From Lytechinus pictus (Eukaryota): a stretch of DNA of 64,000 nucleotides. Of this stretch, positions 60,829 to 64,000 are shown piece by piece. The translations under genes were made by a program, and so were the position numbers. The stretch covers positions 15,192,001 to 15,256,000 of the forward strand of contig NC_087252.1 of the NCBI RefSeq assembly GCF_037042905.1. The letters are read 5' to 3'. Every line of letters starts with the position of its first letter. Positions within the stretch are counted from its first letter, which is position 1. The notes beneath the pieces are model-generated. The model did not search any database, was not told where the DNA came from, and worked only from the letters and a program-made list of their open reading frames with translations.

Positions 60829-61396
60829 TAGGGCTGAGTCAAAATGTTTGAACGCTGTTCAAACGGCTGTTAAGAGCATAAACATTTTCATATTTTGACA
60901 ACCGTCTGATTGTATGAAATAAATAGAAAACGTTGCTGCAAATTTCATATTTCACATCTTTAAAATGAAAAATGATGAGTGGATTTTCATATACATATAG
61001 GTAGATTGAGTGTGACGTGAACTGGAAACGATCTTTCAGACTTTTTCAGAGTAAAAAAAAAAAGAGGGGAATATTCTCCATTTTCTTGATAGTTTACAAC
61101 TAAAAAGTTCTTGGAAATACTGTATGGAAAATAGATGGTCATTTCAAGGATGTGCAATTTTGAAAGTTGAAATTTCAGCAACATTTTATGATTTTTTTTT
61201 CTTCATATGTTCAACCAAATATCGAAATAGGAAAATGTTTGCTTTTTTATTTGAAAGGTGTTAAAATGTTGAAAATTGAAATTTCAGCAACATTTTATGA
61301 TTTTTTTTCTTCATATGTTCAACCAAATATCGAAATAGGAAAATATTTTTTGCTTTTTTTATTTGAAAGGTCTTAAAATGCTTTGACACAGCCCTA
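60829..61396. mobile_element. hAT-like MITE with internal ~110-bp tandem duplication
   Basis: TAGGGCTGAGTCAAA ... TTTGACACAGCCCTA. Confidence 0.7.
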
Positions 61397-62633
61397 GTAA
61401 ATTCCCTCTCACTTCAGTGCTGTCTATTTATTGTTAACATGAGTGTGTCTGCAGTCTACTGGTCTTGATTAATAATAAGGGAAACACACATGTACTGTGT
61501 TTAATGAGGCTGCACAATTTACAAAAATCATTACAAAAAAAATGAATAATAAAGTACCTGATAAATTACCCTGTGGGACTCCACATGTCCCTTAGTGAGA
61601 AACTTAAACCTCTGGTTCAGTGGTTGCTTTCAAGCATTCATGCTTTCAGATCACTCAGGTAATAAAAATCACCACCATCACAACCTTTTGAAAAGATACG
61701 TCGTCATGAATAGTAGTTTTGATTGATATTTACATGTAGAATGTCTGATGCAAAAGATCGTTTGTAATTTAGGTAAATTACATATATAATTAGTCATTTT
61801 TATCACCCCCTCTCCCATGAGTGTTACATATTTACTAGATGATTTGACCTTTATAATGCGACTTGAAGCTACATGAAGTACTTGTGTACCAATAAGCATA
61901 TCACAAATTCCTGAAATTTTATTTTTAAAAAGAAATTTAAATAATACTAATATACCTTGATATGTACATTAATTTGGAGACAAGCTCAAACGAAGGAGGA
62001 ATGACTTCTATTGATAACAACTGGATTTGTCAGTGTTGTATTTTGCAGTACATGTACATTTAGCTTATTATGAAGTTTGTATTGTATTTGTGTTACAGGC
62101 GTTCCCTGCCACAAGATTTAGCTTTGAGGGAACTATGCCTTCTTCTGTAACAGATCTGTTACATATGAATGCACTTATAATATGACAAATGATTTTGTAT
62201 TGATATTGAAAAAGTGATATTTTATGAAAATTGAAGAAAATAAATGTTTATTTGAATGAAAAATGATAAAGTTAATTTAACCATTTAGAAAATAAAAATA
62301 CAATAAGCGTGTAACAGTACATGTAGCTGAGCTGAAGCTAGGTACATGTTATTATGCTGCATTTATTTAGAGCACTATTAAGAGACTTCCAAGAAAGAGG
62401 TATTAGGCGCCATATAGGCAAGTACATGTACATGTATGAATAAAATAACGAATAACAAAAACTTTGGAGTAAGGCCACAAATGTTGCTAATCAATTAACC
62501 TTTATTTCGTTTTCAGGCAAACAAGCTTCTTTGCATAGGAAATTTGTGTGACTTTGGAATAACCAACCTTCAGAATAATAAATCCTTGGGATAATGAGTG
62601 TATGTATACCCTATGTTTTGTCTTCCCGATCAG

Positions 62634-62850
62634 ATCACCCAATCAACGCTCCTTCAAAGTCGGATCCCTTTGAGATGGAGCTACCTGATGCGATCAGCTG
62701 TGAGTTGAAGCAGATAGAAGGTGTGATGAGAGTCTTTGAGAATCAGGAGAAACTGGATAAGAATGAACCGATTGAGTTAGCCTACCCGGACAGGTCCACG
62801 TTCCTCGTTGATAGTTACAAAATGCTGGCCCTCATTGCTAACGGCCCCAT
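62634..62850 (+). CDS. AMPD2: AMP deaminase exon (phase 1 to 2; HPINAPSKSDPF...YKMLALIANGP)
   Basis: TCAG acceptor, AT|GTGAGT donor; YPDxxxFxxD...LIxNGP AMPD motif. Confidence 0.95.
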
Positions 62851-62904
62851 GTGAGTTTACCGTTGACTACTTCAGCATCATGAAAAAAGAATCCATGAAA
62901 ATCC

Positions 62905-63103
62905 ATATTTTCTTGTTCAAAATAGGCATTTGAAATAGTAACACTCCGAAAATCCATTTTGCCCAATTGATTGTGGGCCCGGCAGCCAGTGTGCAGCGCC
63001 AGACTGCGTGGCAGTAACGCCTTTTGTCTGACGCGGCCGGGGTTTGAACTCCCGACCTCCTGATTGTGAGACGGACGCTCGACCAACCGAGCCAACACAC
63101 CGG
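62905..63103 (-). mobile_element. tRNA-derived SINE fragment
   Basis: - strand TGGCTCGGTTGGTCGAGCG A box and GAGTTCAAACCCC B box, followed by a non-tRNA body. Confidence 0.65.
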
Positions 63104-63300
63104 TATCTTCATGTGATTGTCCTGAAAGGGATAGTCACAATTGATACATGAATTGTATAAGATTTTCATCGGAAATTTTTAATCGATCACAAGTGTTTTC
63201 TTGCAACATCTATAGACCGATATCCAGAACTCCATGCTGTCTCAGATTTGAATCTGAGTAAATCATTATGAGGGTTGTTCTACACTCAGGGTATCACTAA

Positions 63301-63710
63301 AGGCCACCGCACACCTTTCGACCCGACAAGTCTACGACTGGCTTGCGACTGAGTGAAGGGAGATGTGACGTCACAGCTCTTGTCAGCTTGAGAGTCGCAG
63401 ACCGGTCAGAGACAAGTCACAATGGAAATCGTAAGGATTTGACATGTGGAATCCTTATGACTGGATCGCAAGCTCAATCCAACTTCTAGCCAATCAGACA
63501 CCAGAGTTGCATGACGCGTATATGGTATACAAAGCGCATACGCAGTAGCAAGCGCCATTTTCTCAGTTGCTATGGCAAAAAGTATGGGTGAGTCGTATAC
63601 AGCAGACAGGTGTGCGGTGTTGAGGCTTGTGACTACCTTGCAATTCATCTCTACTCACTCAGTCGCAAGCCAGACGTAGACCAATCGGGTCATAAGGTGT
63701 GCGGTGGCCT
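63301..63710. mobile_element. PIF/Harbinger MITE
   Basis: TAA|AGGCCACCGCACACCTT ... AAGGTGTGCGGTGGCCT|TAA. Confidence 0.85.
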
Positions 63711-63774
63711 TAAACTAAAAATACAGCATTGTACCCTATCAATGATAGTGACTCTTTTTTTAATTCTTCCGTAG

Positions 63775-63904
63775 TAAATCCTTCTCCTATCGCCGGCTGT
63801 CCTACCTATCGTCCAAGTTCCACCTTCACAATCTTCTGAATGAGATGAAAGAACTAGCTGCACAGAAGAGTGTGCCCCACAGGGACTTCTATAATCTCAG
63901 AAAG
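63775..63904 (+). CDS. AMPD2: AMP deaminase exon (phase 2 to 0; [44 protein letters not shown]); gene continues beyond the window
   Basis: Highly conserved AMPD segment preceding VDTHIH; TAG acceptor, AAG|GTAAAA donor. Confidence 0.97.
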
Positions 63905-64000
63905 GTAAAAATAATAATTATTATAATAATAATATGTCCATTTATATAGCGCAGTTACTACGTGCATATACTCAACTGCGCTTTGATGCTTGGTATCATA

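Overview
Eukaryotic, AT-rich, repeat-dense genomic DNA. An invertebrate deuterostome such as a sea urchin is inferred from the repeat landscape but not proven. There are two main components. (1) A complete, apparently very young Ty3/Gypsy LTR retrotransposon (5091-12540): two 691-bp LTRs that I read as identical, a tRNA-Leu PBS, a PPT, intact gag and -1-frame pol (PR-RT-RH-IN). Its oddities are a gag start inside the LTR, no target-site duplication, a non-canonical slippery site with a pseudoknot, and an extra dUTPase-like segment. (2) The 5' half of a + strand AMP deaminase (AMPD2-like) gene (about 19469 to beyond 64000). Ten phase-consistent exons can be assembled by hand, including two alternative first exons and two symmetric cassette exons. 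Two consecutive exons have their 3' end plus splice donor tandemly amplified (3x and about 16x). The rest is MITEs and non-autonomous DNA transposons (hAT-, Tc1/mariner-, Kolobok-, Harbinger-, P-like), tRNA-derived SINEs, LINE fragments, minisatellites, local duplications and an inverted pair of GGATAC arrays in intron 1. Superfamily labels rest on termini and TSD rules, not on database searches.
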